Shown here: positions 17,730 through 27,110 of the stretch, piece after piece | Numbering within the stretch: the stretch's first letter is position 1 | Layout: the number at the start of each line of letters is the position of its first letter | Assembly (NCBI GenBank): GCA_965226495.1 | Contig: OZ245365.1 | Location: 2,144,001-2,208,000 of the forward strand | Length of the DNA stretch: 64,000 nt | Origin: Candidatus Marinacidobacterales bacterium | GTDB taxonomy: Bacteria; Acidobacteriota; Vicinamibacteria; Marinacidobacterales; DATDRI01 | Direction: 5' to 3' | Notes under the pieces: generated by a model | The model's database searches: none | Told to the model about the DNA's origin: nothing | The model's input: the letters and a program-made list of their open reading frames with translations, nothing else | Program-made: the position numbers and the translations under genes

Positions 17730-18290
17730 CTGAAAAAAGACTCGGTCGAGCGCTTGTTCTTCGCCAGCTTGCGGCGGGCCCTGGAGGACATTGCCCCTGA
17801 GAAGCTGGATGTCTTCCAAAAGTGGTTCGATCCGTCCGATCGCCGTCCGCAATTCCACATCGCTCCGGTGATGGGCGCAGTGAGCTATCTCGGTCGCGAA
17901 CCCGCCTTGTACGAAAGAGTCATGGATCGAGCGGGCCGTTATGCCTCTGATTGGAGTTACGAGCATTTGTCACCGTTTGAGCGCAAGTTATGGAGCTCTC
18001 TACCGCTGTCTGGGCGTGAGCGGGCAGTGAAGAGGCTTCTCCGGGCCGGTCTGAAGAACATCCATCGCGATGGTCAGCTGGAAACCCGGCGGGAAGGGTC
18101 CAAGCTCGTTGTGGTCGTCTCGAATTCAATATTTTGCCGAACCGTTACAGGTAATGGGCCGGCTTGCGTCTACTATGCCTCGTTGTTCAAAGGACTGATG
18201 GAGCACGCGGCGCTTGGTTGGTCTCTGGTGGTCGAGTCTAACTGTGGGGGCCAAGGACGGCCGGAATGCGAATTTGAGGCCACAGCCTGA
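17730..18290 (+). CDS. V4R (4-vinyl-reductase/BchJ-like) domain protein; probable CTG start
   Basis: C-terminal SIFC...PACVYYA...ESNCGGQGRPECEF Cys pattern of V4R; GGAGGGG just upstream of an in-frame CTG at 17730 (the track uses TTG 17754). Confidence 0.65.
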   Translation: MKKDSVERLFFASLRRALEDIAPEKLDVFQKWFDPSDRRPQFHIAPVMGAVSYLGREPALYERVMDRAGRYASDWSYEHLSPFERKLWSSLPLSGRERAVKRLLRAGLKNIHRDGQLETRREGSKLVVVVSNSIFCRTVTGNGPACVYYASLFKGLMEHAALGWSLVVESNCGGQGRPECEFEATA

Positions 18291-18312
18291 CCATCCTGAC
18301 AAGCCTGACAGG

Positions 18313-18657
18313 ATGGTAAGGGGCGTCAAACCTCCCTGGGTATGGCCCGTCGCTTGGACGGGTCTCTTATGGATATCCGGGCCTCTTCTCCTCGCGCTCA
18401 GGAATTACCTCAACGAGAACGCGGTGGGGGGGGTCCATCGTTACGTCGTAGTCGGCCTGCTCACCGCTGCAGCGGTGATCGTTGCCTCCACCTGTTTGCT
18501 TGTCTCCGGCCGTCGCTTGCGAGCCGTTGGCATCTTGATTCTGCTTTGTGTTGGCCTCGGCCTGGTCTATCTCCTGCTGGCCGCGCCGGATCCCAGGTCC
18601 CGTGTGGTGGAGGCCGCCCACTTCGTCCAATACGGGATGCTCGCGTTTCTCGGCTGA
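18313..18657 (+). CDS. Small membrane protein ending in a VanZ-like motif (possibly truncated)
   Basis: Three hydrophobic helices, then EAAHFVQYGMLAFLG-stop, resembling the VanZ HFxxYxxL motif with nothing after it. Confidence 0.5.
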   Translation: MVRGVKPPWVWPVAWTGLLWISGPLLLALRNYLNENAVGGVHRYVVVGLLTAAAVIVASTCLLVSGRRLRAVGILILLCVGLGLVYLLLAAPDPRSRVVEAAHFVQYGMLAFLG

Positions 18658-18699
18658 ACTGGCTCTGGTCGGCCCAGTCCTACGTTGGGGAAACAGTCT

Positions 18700-20058
18700 A
18701 TGAAGAGTCTTAGCGCACTCAAGTTGATCGCTCTCTCGCTCGCAGCACAGGTCGTGGTCCTGGTTATGGCGTTGGGCTACGGGCCGGCGGCGCAAGCGCA
18801 GGGTGAAGCAAGCGAGGAGGAGCTGGCTCGAGCCTTCGAGCTGCTCGGAAACATGCTTGGCTTTCCCGAAGTGGACGCGGACGAGCTCAAAAAGAGGGTG
18901 GAGGAGGTCGGCGAGCTTCGTTTCACGGAAAGCGTTCCCATCGATTTCATGAGCCGCGATGAGCTTGCCGAATACATCGGTCAGCTCTTCCAGGAAGAAT
19001 ACCCGCCGAGCGTTGCTGAGAAGGAGGAGCGGATGCTTAGAGCATTCGGATTCCTCAACGCGGAGGAAGACCTGCGCGCGATTCGCGAGGAGGTTCTGAA
19101 CGAGAACATAGCCGGCTTCTACGACGAGCGTCCGGGTGCAAAGAAGCTCTTCGCAATTTCGACCGTTTCTTCGGGCCAATCGTTGAACTTGATGAACCAG
19201 CTCATCCTGTCTCATGAGCTTCGACACGCGTTGCAGGATCAGCATCTCGATTTGAGATCGATCCTGGGAGAGGGAACCGACTACGACGATCGCAGGCTTG
19301 CGGCTCTCAGTTTGCTGGAGGGAGACGCCACACTGCTGATGGAAATGTACTTAGGAAGGGGAGCATCGCCCGAAGACGGATCGGGTGGGCAGGGAATGGG
19401 CCAAGAGGTTATCGAGGGGCTCTTTGCTTTGGGAAGAACGGGGACCGACGGGCGGGCGATGGCGGAGATGTTTGCCGGCCCGGAGCTCAGGAGTGCGCCA
19501 CTCGTCGTGCGTGAGCAGCTGATTGTGCCGTATCTCGAGGGCAAGCAGCTAGCTGCGGAAGTCTACCGCCGGGGAGGCTTTCGGCTTCTCAATCGGAGTC
19601 TTCAGGATCCACCGAGCTCGATGGAGCAGGTTCTTCATCCGGAGAAATATTTGGACAAACGAGACGAGCCAATCGAGGTGAACCTGATCGAAGCCGTCGG
19701 GGAGTCGGTCGAATCGGAGGGGCAGCTCGGAGAATTCTTTATACGAGTTCTCTTTGAAGGAAAGATTGGGAGGCGAGATGCCGATCGTGCCGCGCAGGGT
19801 TGGGGTGGCGATCGCTACGCGTTGTGGCGAGACCAGCGAGGAAACTATCGTCTGGTTTGGCGCACCGTCTGGGATTCCGAGGAAGACGGGGAAGAGTTTT
19901 TCGAGATCTTGACACGGTACGGGTCTCTTCAATACGGGCAAGGTGTCACGCCGAGTGCCGACACGCGTGAGATCACTTTTGAGGGTGCGGATGGAAGTCA
20001 AACTACGATTCGTCGGAGCGGGCCGGAGATTGTTCTGGACCGCAAGGGCTTCGAGTGA
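18700..20058 (+). CDS. Exported putative zinc metallopeptidase (DUF6782/Hvo_1808-like)
   Basis: Signal peptide; AGFYD, SHELRHALQDQH (HExxH), EGDAT, PYLEG, PPSSMEQVLHPEKY, AQGWGGD. Confidence 0.72.
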   Translation: MKSLSALKLIALSLAAQVVVLVMALGYGPAAQAQGEASEEELARAFELLGNMLGFPEVDADELKKRVEEVGELRFTESVPIDFMSRDELAEYIGQLFQEEYPPSVAEKEERMLRAFGFLNAEEDLRAIREEVLNENIAGFYDERPGAKKLFAISTVSSGQSLNLMNQLILSHELRHALQDQHLDLRSILGEGTDYDDRRLAALSLLEGDATLLMEMYLGRGASPEDGSGGQGMGQEVIEGLFALGRTGTDGRAMAEMFAGPELRSAPLVVREQLIVPYLEGKQLAAEVYRRGGFRLLNRSLQDPPSSMEQVLHPEKYLDKRDEPIEVNLIEAVGESVESEGQLGEFFIRVLFEGKIGRRDADRAAQGWGGDRYALWRDQRGNYRLVWRTVWDSEEDGEEFFEILTRYGSLQYGQGVTPSADTREITFEGADGSQTTIRRSGPEIVLDRKGFE

Positions 20059-20098
20059 TGATTTAAACGCCAACAACTGAGCCAGGCGTCGGTCGAAA

Positions 20099-21805
20099 TT
20101 ACTGCGTTGTTTTCTCCATCATCACTTTTCCCGAGCCTTCCAGCCTGACATTGAGCGATGTCCCGGCATGGGGCGACATGAGCTCGGCGAGTGCTTCGTC
20201 CTCTACGATCGTGGGTGTGAGTTCTCCCGTCCACGAGATCACGTTGGCGCTCGAGACATTCACCGGGTAGCCGGGAGTTACCGCCAGTACCAATGGCTTG
20301 GTGGTAACGGAAAGAGCTACCAAGCCGGTGCCTTGGACAGAGAGGACATGCAATCGGGGTTCGGACTCTCCCTCCCGCTCTATGACCGCGTATCGCGGCG
20401 TCAGGGTTTCTTGACACGCGAGTAGGTGCGAGGGCTCCACGAAGATCTCCTCACCGGCGACTTGCAGCACCGTGATCTCTCTTTCGCGGTCGGTGAGCAA
20501 CAATCGCCCAGTCCCGCTGACGATGACCAGCGATGGCGCTCCTTCTTCCCGCTGAGGCTTGACCCAAAACGTCAGGTTTCCACTGTAGCTATAGATGGTT
20601 CCTTGTTTGATGAAGACCTTTCCGGAAAAGGTTACTTCCATCAGGTTGTTCTCGAGGTATCGAAAGCTGTCGTCTCGACGCCTCAACTGTGAATACAGAT
20701 GCGGTGTGCGCTCCTCGTCATCCTCCCGAAGCGAGGTTGGCTGCCGGGAGGAATCATCGGGCGTGTTCCCGGCGTCTTCGCCGGCGATGATGGGCGGAAC
20801 CTGCAATCTCAGTGTGTGATCCCCGGTTCTGCGGGAACCTCTTCGACGCTCCAGTCGCGTCGCCGTGAAAAGGTCCTGGGCCGCAGTCGAGAGAGATTTC
20901 GAGGAAGCAACTTCGTTGAGCGGTACGTCGGGGACGACCGGGTCGGTGAGTCGCACGACGGTCCGGAGCAGTGGACCGGTCTCGTCATTGCGATCTTCTT
21001 GTTCTTCTTGACCTTGTTTGGCGGGCTGAGTTGGCTCCGCCGATTCCCCAACGAGGGCTCGTTCGGCCAAGTCCGGAGGCGGCGTGGGCGGCGGCATCGT
21101 CGGGTCATCATCATTTGATTCATCGGCAGTGCTCGTGACTTCATCCGGCGCAAGGGAGTCTACGGCAGGGGTACGCGGGCCCATGGGGCTGGTATCGTTC
21201 AGCGCAGTCAGAATCTGCTCTGGATCGATATCATCTAGTGTAAGCATCGGGGGCGATTCGCTTTCTGCGAATTGGGCGTCCTCTGGACCGGAGGGTGTGG
21301 ATGGGTCGTCCCGCCCATTGCCTACACTCTTCTCGGAAGAGATTTTGGCCTGCACGCGCTTGACCATGATGTTGGCGCCGGCTTTGCGGTACTGGAAGAT
21401 GGCGTTGTAGTGCTGCCCCTTTTTTTCGTAAATGTTACCCAGGTAGAAGTTGATCTTCTGATTGTCCGGCTTGAGGTCGAGAGCCTTGAGGAACGCCGCC
21501 TCGGCCTGATCCAGAGAGCCAAGTTTGAAGCAGATCAGGCCGTGGTTGAAATGCAGGATATAGGAATCGGGGTTTCCGTCAATGAGACGCCGATAGATCG
21601 CGGCCGATTCGGTGTATTTCTCGCGTTTGAAGTAGACGAGCCCGAGGAGGTTGAGAACGCGCTGATCGGCGGGCCTCATGCGACGGGCCGCTTCGAGCTC
21701 CCGCTCCGCGATCGCGAAGCTCCGCCGCTCGAAGTTTTCCATCCCACGGTTGAGATGGACGAGGAATAACCCCTGGTCGAAAGGAGTCGGTGCACTGTCT
21801 GCCAT
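20099..21805 (-). CDS. TPR + acidic linker + AIM24-family domain protein
   Basis: N-terminal TPRs (LNLLGLVYFK, FNHGLICFKLG, FYLGNIYEK), a long P/D/E-rich linker, and a C-terminal AIM24-like region (GTGRLLL, GTGLVAL, SWTGELTP, LEGSGKVMM). Confidence 0.7.
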   Translation of the reverse strand: MADSAPTPFDQGLFLVHLNRGMENFERRSFAIAERELEAARRMRPADQRVLNLLGLVYFKREKYTESAAIYRRLIDGNPDSYILHFNHGLICFKLGSLDQAEAAFLKALDLKPDNQKINFYLGNIYEKKGQHYNAIFQYRKAGANIMVKRVQAKISSEKSVGNGRDDPSTPSGPEDAQFAESESPPMLTLDDIDPEQILTALNDTSPMGPRTPAVDSLAPDEVTSTADESNDDDPTMPPPTPPPDLAERALVGESAEPTQPAKQGQEEQEDRNDETGPLLRTVVRLTDPVVPDVPLNEVASSKSLSTAAQDLFTATRLERRRGSRRTGDHTLRLQVPPIIAGEDAGNTPDDSSRQPTSLREDDEERTPHLYSQLRRRDDSFRYLENNLMEVTFSGKVFIKQGTIYSYSGNLTFWVKPQREEGAPSLVIVSGTGRLLLTDREREITVLQVAGEEIFVEPSHLLACQETLTPRYAVIEREGESEPRLHVLSVQGTGLVALSVTTKPLVLAVTPGYPVNVSSANVISWTGELTPTIVEDEALAELMSPHAGTSLNVRLEGSGKVMMEKTTQ

Positions 21806-21840
21806 GGGTCTCCCGCCTGGGTCCGGCCAACGTATCTTCG

Positions 21841-22713
21841 TCAAGGCTCCAGAACCTCGTATGTTACACCGGACGGTCGCGTCCTGGTTATATAGATGAC
21901 GCCATTTTCGTCCCGGTAACGGTAGTAGCGAAGCTCCCCGTTGGCAACCTCTTTTTCACCGGTCGTGACGGCTTGGACCGCAGCGGTCGTCTGGGGCAGG
22001 GCCGACGGGTTCTTGACGGGTTGGGTGGCCTTGCCAGGGGCCGGTGCGGCTTTGGCGGTCTTGGTAAGTCCTCCGGTGACACGGGTTTGGCCGCCCGGAC
22101 GGTCGATACTGTAGGTGCGACCGCCTTTGGTAATTCGGAGCCGGGAGCCGGCGCGGTAGACGGCTAGCACCTTTTTCACGTAGTTCTGCGTCTCTTTGTA
22201 GGGCGGCACTCTTTTCAGCCGTCGGACGGGCGTGGGTCCCGCGTTATAGGCTGCCAGCGAGAGCCGAAGATCTTTAAACTCGTCCAGCAGGTCACGAAGA
22301 TGCCTGGTGCCGGCGCTCACGTTTTGCCAGGGGTCATAAGGGTTGACGAGGCCATATCTTCGGCCCGTCTCTGGCATGAGCTGCATGAGTCCTTGCGCTC
22401 CCTTCGGGGAACGCGCGAAGCGGTTGAATGCCGACTCTACTGCGATGACGGCTTTCACTAAGGCGTGATCCACACCGGAGTCTCGCGCCGCCCTCATGAT
22501 CACTGGATCGTACTGCCCGTTGTAGCGCCAGACCTTGCCGGCCTCTTCGGGGCTCCCCCGGGCAATGAGATTCATTCGAGAATCGGTGGGAACGTTGGAC
22601 AGAATGAGCACACCTTTGTCGTTGGTGAATCCGTAGATTTGAGCGTTTGCGTGCACCGCGAGGAGCGACAATGCTACTCCCCAACAGCAACCGGCGAACT
22701 TTTTTTCTCTCAT
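21841..22713 (-). CDS. Lytic transglycosylase (SLT) flanked by DUF4124-like modules
   Basis: AVIAVESAFN (catalytic Glu), GAQGLMQLMP, LAAYNAG, ETQNYV; IYGFTNDKGVLILSN and YYRYRDENGVIYIT ends; signal peptide. Confidence 0.88.
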   Translation of the reverse strand: MREKKFAGCCWGVALSLLAVHANAQIYGFTNDKGVLILSNVPTDSRMNLIARGSPEEAGKVWRYNGQYDPVIMRAARDSGVDHALVKAVIAVESAFNRFARSPKGAQGLMQLMPETGRRYGLVNPYDPWQNVSAGTRHLRDLLDEFKDLRLSLAAYNAGPTPVRRLKRVPPYKETQNYVKKVLAVYRAGSRLRITKGGRTYSIDRPGGQTRVTGGLTKTAKAAPAPGKATQPVKNPSALPQTTAAVQAVTTGEKEVANGELRYYRYRDENGVIYITRTRPSGVTYEVLEP

Positions 22714-25386
22714 TCAATCCCCGAGTTTTTCACGCACCGTTTTGCGCCCCTCTTCATAGAAATTCTCGAGTCGTTCTGGATTGCGACCGCCGGCCTCGGC
22801 GCGATCGGGTTTCCCTCCGCCCCGGCCGTCGATGATGGGCAGCAAGTGTTTCATCAGCTGGTCGGCTGGCAACTTCTTGGTGACGTCCGATGATACCTCG
22901 ACGATCACTGAGACTTTTCCGTCGTTGATGGCTCCTGAGATGGCGATCCAAGAGCGATTCTGATTCCTGTTCTTGAATGCATCCATGAACTGACGATGTT
23001 CCTTCTTATCGTAGTTCTGGAGCGGTTCCGGTGTCCACACCAGAACCCCCCCGATCTCGGTGCTTCGATCTTCGGCGGCTTGAGGGGCGCCGCTGGCCAG
23101 TTTTAGCTTTAACTGCTCGATTTCCTTCTCGCGTTTCTTGAGCTCGTCGCGCAAACGTTCCGCGGAGGCGATAAGCTCTTCCGGCTGCGCTCGAAGCGCT
23201 GCGCTGACGCCCTCCACCAGCCGTCTTTGAGAGCGAATGTAATCCACCGCGGCCCGACCGGTCAGAGCCTCTACCCGACGCACCCCGGCAGAAATGGAGG
23301 ACTCCGACGTCAGCACGAACAAACCGGCCTGACCGGTGTGGTGCAGGTGTGTTCCTCCACAAAGCTCGATACTGAAATCGGGCACCTCGACCACGCGCAC
23401 GCGATCCCCGTACTTTTCTCCGAAGAAGGCAATGGCCCCCCGGCCGAGAGCCTTGTCGATGGGCATCTCCTCGGTCTTGACCTCGAGGTCCTCTTGGATC
23501 TTGTCATTAACACGGCCTTCGATCGTTTCGAGCTCCCTCGACTGCACCGGTGCGAAATGCGAAAAATCGAAACGGAGGCGATCCGGGGCGACCAGCGAAC
23601 CGGACTGCTTCACGTGAGGCCCCAAGGTTTCTCGAAGCGCGGCGTGGAGCATATGCGTGGTGGTGTGATGAGAAGCGGTGGCGCTCCGAGTACGCTCATC
23701 GACACGAGCCACGACCTTCTGGTCACGTGCGAGAGTGCCCTTCCTCATGCGAACTCGATGGGCATAGAGCCGGGCGACGGGTACTTTCGTGTCCAACACG
23801 TCGGCCACACCTTCTGGGCCGGACAAAATGCCGCGGTCGCCGACCTGCCCACCGCCTTCGGCGTAGAAGGGGGTGTTGTCGAGAAAAACCTCGCCTTCCT
23901 GACCTTCGACGAGGGCCGGAACTTCCTTATCCTCGTGGGTGAGAGCGAGTATCTGTGCCTCATCGACCACGGTTCGCTCATAGCCGACAAACTGAGTCTC
24001 TACTCGCTGGCGGAGGTTCCCGTATATGCTCTTGTCGACCCTCTTGTCGGCGGCGACCCTCTTCCACGATTCGCGGGCGCGGCGGCGTTGTTCCGCCATC
24101 TCCTTTTCGAAGCCCTCCGAATCGACGTGTATCCCCCGTTCGGATGAGATTTCGTCGAGCATGTCGAGGGGTAAACCGAAGGTATCGTAGAGCTTGAAGG
24201 CGTCGGCTCCGTCGAGCTGCTCACCCGGCTGGACCCCATCGAGCATCTTCTCCAGGGAGGCGATTCCAGTGGCCAAAGTGGTCCTGAATCTGTCTTCTTC
24301 CGAGTGCACGACGCGGTTCACGAGGTCTTGGCCCAGTAACAATTCTGGATAGGGCTCCTGCATCTGCTCCACAACCTTTCCCGTCAATTCGTGGAGAAAG
24401 GGCTCCTTGAGTCCTAGACGCTTTCCGTGACGCATGGCGCGACGCATGATCTTCCGCAAGACGTAGCCGCGGCCGTCGTTCTGGGGCATCACCCCATCGG
24501 TGATAAGAAAAGTCGTCGCCCGAACGTGATCGGCAATGACTCGGAAGGAAATATCGTCCTCGGCCGAGGCACGGTATGTCTTGCCGGTCAGCGATTCGAT
24601 CTCGGCGATATAGGGCTTGAAGAGGTCGGTGTCGTAGTTGCTCTCGACTCCCTGCGATACGGCGGAAATTCGCTCCAAGCCCATCCCGGTGTCGACGCTT
24701 GGTGCGGGGAGTGTTTCCGTTTTTCCGTCTGAGTCGCGGTTGAATTGCATGAAGACTAGATTCCAAATCTCGAGCCAGCGATCGCACTCGCAGGCCACAC
24801 CCAGGCACTCCTTGAGCTCGGGGCAGGGAAGGTGATCGCCCTGGTGGAAATGGACCTCCGAGCACGGTCCGCAGGGACCGGTGTCTCCCATCGACCAGAA
24901 GTTATCTTTGCGGCCCAAGCGGTGAATTCGCTCGGTCGGGACATAGCGGAGCCAGTGCTCGGCGGCCTCGTCGTCGGCAGCAACCTCGGAATCGCCTTCG
25001 AAGACCGAGACTGCCAGTCTGTCGGCAGGTAGCTCGAGTTCCTTGGTGAGAAAGTCCCATCCGAAATTGATAGCGTCTTTTTTGAAATAGTCGCCGAAGG
25101 AGAAATTCCCGAGCATTTCGAAGAACGTATGATGCCTTGCCGTCACGCCGACGTTTTCCAGGTCGTTGTGCTTGCCACCAGCCCGCACACACTTTTGCAC
25201 GCTGGCGGCGCGTCGGTACTCGCGTTTCTCCAGTCCCAGAAAAACGTCCTTGAATTGGTTCATCCCGGCGTTGATGAAGAGGAGCGACGGATCATTGTGA
25301 GGTACGAGAGAGGAGCTGGGAACCACGCGATGCCCTCGCTTATCGAAAAAGCCGAGGAAGCGCCTTCTTAGCTCCGCGGATGTCAT
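22714..25386 (-). CDS. alaS: Alanine--tRNA ligase
   Basis: NAGMNQFK, RHHTFFEMLGNFSFGDYFK, DTGMGLER, editing motifs HTTTH and CGGTH, C-terminal GRGGGKP. Confidence 0.98.
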   Translation of the reverse strand: MTSAELRRRFLGFFDKRGHRVVPSSSLVPHNDPSLLFINAGMNQFKDVFLGLEKREYRRAASVQKCVRAGGKHNDLENVGVTARHHTFFEMLGNFSFGDYFKKDAINFGWDFLTKELELPADRLAVSVFEGDSEVAADDEAAEHWLRYVPTERIHRLGRKDNFWSMGDTGPCGPCSEVHFHQGDHLPCPELKECLGVACECDRWLEIWNLVFMQFNRDSDGKTETLPAPSVDTGMGLERISAVSQGVESNYDTDLFKPYIAEIESLTGKTYRASAEDDISFRVIADHVRATTFLITDGVMPQNDGRGYVLRKIMRRAMRHGKRLGLKEPFLHELTGKVVEQMQEPYPELLLGQDLVNRVVHSEEDRFRTTLATGIASLEKMLDGVQPGEQLDGADAFKLYDTFGLPLDMLDEISSERGIHVDSEGFEKEMAEQRRRARESWKRVAADKRVDKSIYGNLRQRVETQFVGYERTVVDEAQILALTHEDKEVPALVEGQEGEVFLDNTPFYAEGGGQVGDRGILSGPEGVADVLDTKVPVARLYAHRVRMRKGTLARDQKVVARVDERTRSATASHHTTTHMLHAALRETLGPHVKQSGSLVAPDRLRFDFSHFAPVQSRELETIEGRVNDKIQEDLEVKTEEMPIDKALGRGAIAFFGEKYGDRVRVVEVPDFSIELCGGTHLHHTGQAGLFVLTSESSISAGVRRVEALTGRAAVDYIRSQRRLVEGVSAALRAQPEELIASAERLRDELKKREKEIEQLKLKLASGAPQAAEDRSTEIGGVLVWTPEPLQNYDKKEHRQFMDAFKNRNQNRSWIAISGAINDGKVSVIVEVSSDVTKKLPADQLMKHLLPIIDGRGGGKPDRAEAGGRNPERLENFYEEGRKTVREKLGD

Positions 25387-25408
25387 CTCGTGTTTCGTCT
25401 CCTCTCAC

Positions 25409-25921
25409 TCATGCGGTGTTTTTGCTTCGCAATGCCTGTTGGATCGCCTCCGGGCTGAACCCCCGCCCGTGCAAATGCCGGTAGGCTCGAGCCAGTTTTT
25501 GACGCGGTGTGCCGCGTCGCCGATCGGTGCGTAGAAATCGCTCGAGCACTTCGGCCACCGTTTCGGATTCTCCCTCCGGAAACGCTTCCGCCACCGCCTG
25601 CGCGATGTGAGAGCCGTCGAGCCCGCGTTTGCGGAGTCCTTGGACGATCCGGGCTGGTCCCCAGCGTTTCCGGCTCCGTGCAGCGTGAGCGAAAGCTTGC
25701 GCAAAGGCGAGATCGTCGACGTAACGTCGGGTACGCAGCTCAGTGAGGGTCGCGGAAATCTCGGACGCCGCATAGCCTGCCCGTTCCATTTTGGAGCTGA
25801 GCTCCCCTTCGCTATGCGTGCGTCGGGCCAGCCGGATTAGGGCGAATTCCAGAGGCGAACGGTCGGAGCCTGTGCGCTTGCCCTTTCTAGCTGAACTCGA
25901 ACTCGGAATCACCCCGGTCAT
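25409..25921 (-). CDS. recX: Regulatory protein RecX (start uncertain)
   Basis: LARRTHSEGELSSKM, YVDDLAFA, WGPARIVQGLRKRG, LHGRGFS; position upstream of alaS. Confidence 0.88.
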   Translation of the reverse strand: MTGVIPSSSSARKGKRTGSDRSPLEFALIRLARRTHSEGELSSKMERAGYAASEISATLTELRTRRYVDDLAFAQAFAHAARSRKRWGPARIVQGLRKRGLDGSHIAQAVAEAFPEGESETVAEVLERFLRTDRRRGTPRQKLARAYRHLHGRGFSPEAIQQALRSKNTA

Positions 25922-27044
25922 CTATAAAGTCGGACATGCTCTTTTCCATCTCCTCTTGAGCCAAGTCGCTGGTGGACTGAATACCCTGAATCTTGAGCTT
26001 GAACTCGTCAGGGTTGCTAGCCCGGCGTAGGGCCTCGTCGTAGGTGATGAGGTCCTTCTTGTAGAGATTGAAGATGGATTGGTCAAAGGTCTGCATTCCG
26101 TATTGCGAAACGCCGGCGGCGATCGCTTCGTGGATTAGCTTGGTCTTGTCCTTGTTAATGATGCAGTCGCGGATAAACGGGGTGGCGATCATCACTTCGA
26201 CGGCGGGGACTCGGCCATTGCCATCCACGCGAGGGATCAATCGCATGGAGACGACCGCCTTCAAAACGCCCGCCAACTGGAGCCGAATCTGTTTTTGCTG
26301 GTGGGGCGGGAAGACGGAAATGATCCGGTTGATGGTCTCCGTCGCGTCGAGGGTGTGCAATGTCGAGAGGACGAGATGGCCTGTTTCTGCGGCGGTGATG
26401 GCGGTCTCGATGGTTTCGTAGTCACGCATTTCGCCGACTAGGATGACGTCGGGGTCCTGACGCAGAGCGCTACGTAAGGCGCCGGCGAAACTCTTGGTGT
26501 CGACCTCGACCTCGCGCTGGTTGACGATGGATTTCTTGTCTCGGTGCAAGAACTCGATCGGATCTTCGATGGTCATGATGTGCTCGCAGCGATGAGCGTT
26601 GATGTAGTCGACCATCGCTGCGAGGGTCGTCGACTTACCGGAACCGGTCGTTCCGGTGCACAGGATGAGTCCTCGCGTTTCCTGGGCGATTTTCTCGAGC
26701 ACCAGCGGTAGGCCGAGCTCCCGGATCGTGAGAATCTTCACCGGAATGACACGGAGGACCAAACCGACCGTTCCGCGCTGCTGGAACACGTTGCAACGGA
26801 AACGTCCCAAGCCGGGAACGCTGTAGGCAATGTCGATCTCGAGATTGTCCTTGAACTTTTGCTTTTGACGGTTGCTCATGATGGAGAACGCCATGGCGAT
26901 GGTGTCTTCCTGCATGAGTCTCTTCATCTCGACCAGAGGCAGAAGCTCGCCGTTGATGCGGAGCACGGGATGGCTGCCGACTTTGAGGTGCAAGTCGGAG
27001 GCTTTGCGCTCCGAAGCGATCTTCAAGAGATCGTTGATATGCAT
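25887..27044 (-). CDS. pilT: Type IV pilus retraction ATPase
   Basis: ASDLHL, GTTGSGKSTT, TIEDPIE, ALRQDPDVILVGEMRD, AETGHLVLSTLHT, GMQTFDQ. Confidence 0.95.
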   Translation of the reverse strand: MHINDLLKIASERKASDLHLKVGSHPVLRINGELLPLVEMKRLMQEDTIAMAFSIMSNRQKQKFKDNLEIDIAYSVPGLGRFRCNVFQQRGTVGLVLRVIPVKILTIRELGLPLVLEKIAQETRGLILCTGTTGSGKSTTLAAMVDYINAHRCEHIMTIEDPIEFLHRDKKSIVNQREVEVDTKSFAGALRSALRQDPDVILVGEMRDYETIETAITAAETGHLVLSTLHTLDATETINRIISVFPPHQQKQIRLQLAGVLKAVVSMRLIPRVDGNGRVPAVEVMIATPFIRDCIINKDKTKLIHEAIAAGVSQYGMQTFDQSIFNLYKKDLITYDEALRRASNPDEFKLKIQGIQSTSDLAQEEMEKSMSDFIDDRGDSEFEFS

Positions 27045-27110
27045 CGTTTCGCCCCTTTCAAATCTCGCTTATGCCCGACCGAGTCGTCGTCGACGTTTTC
27101 GGTGTTTTCA

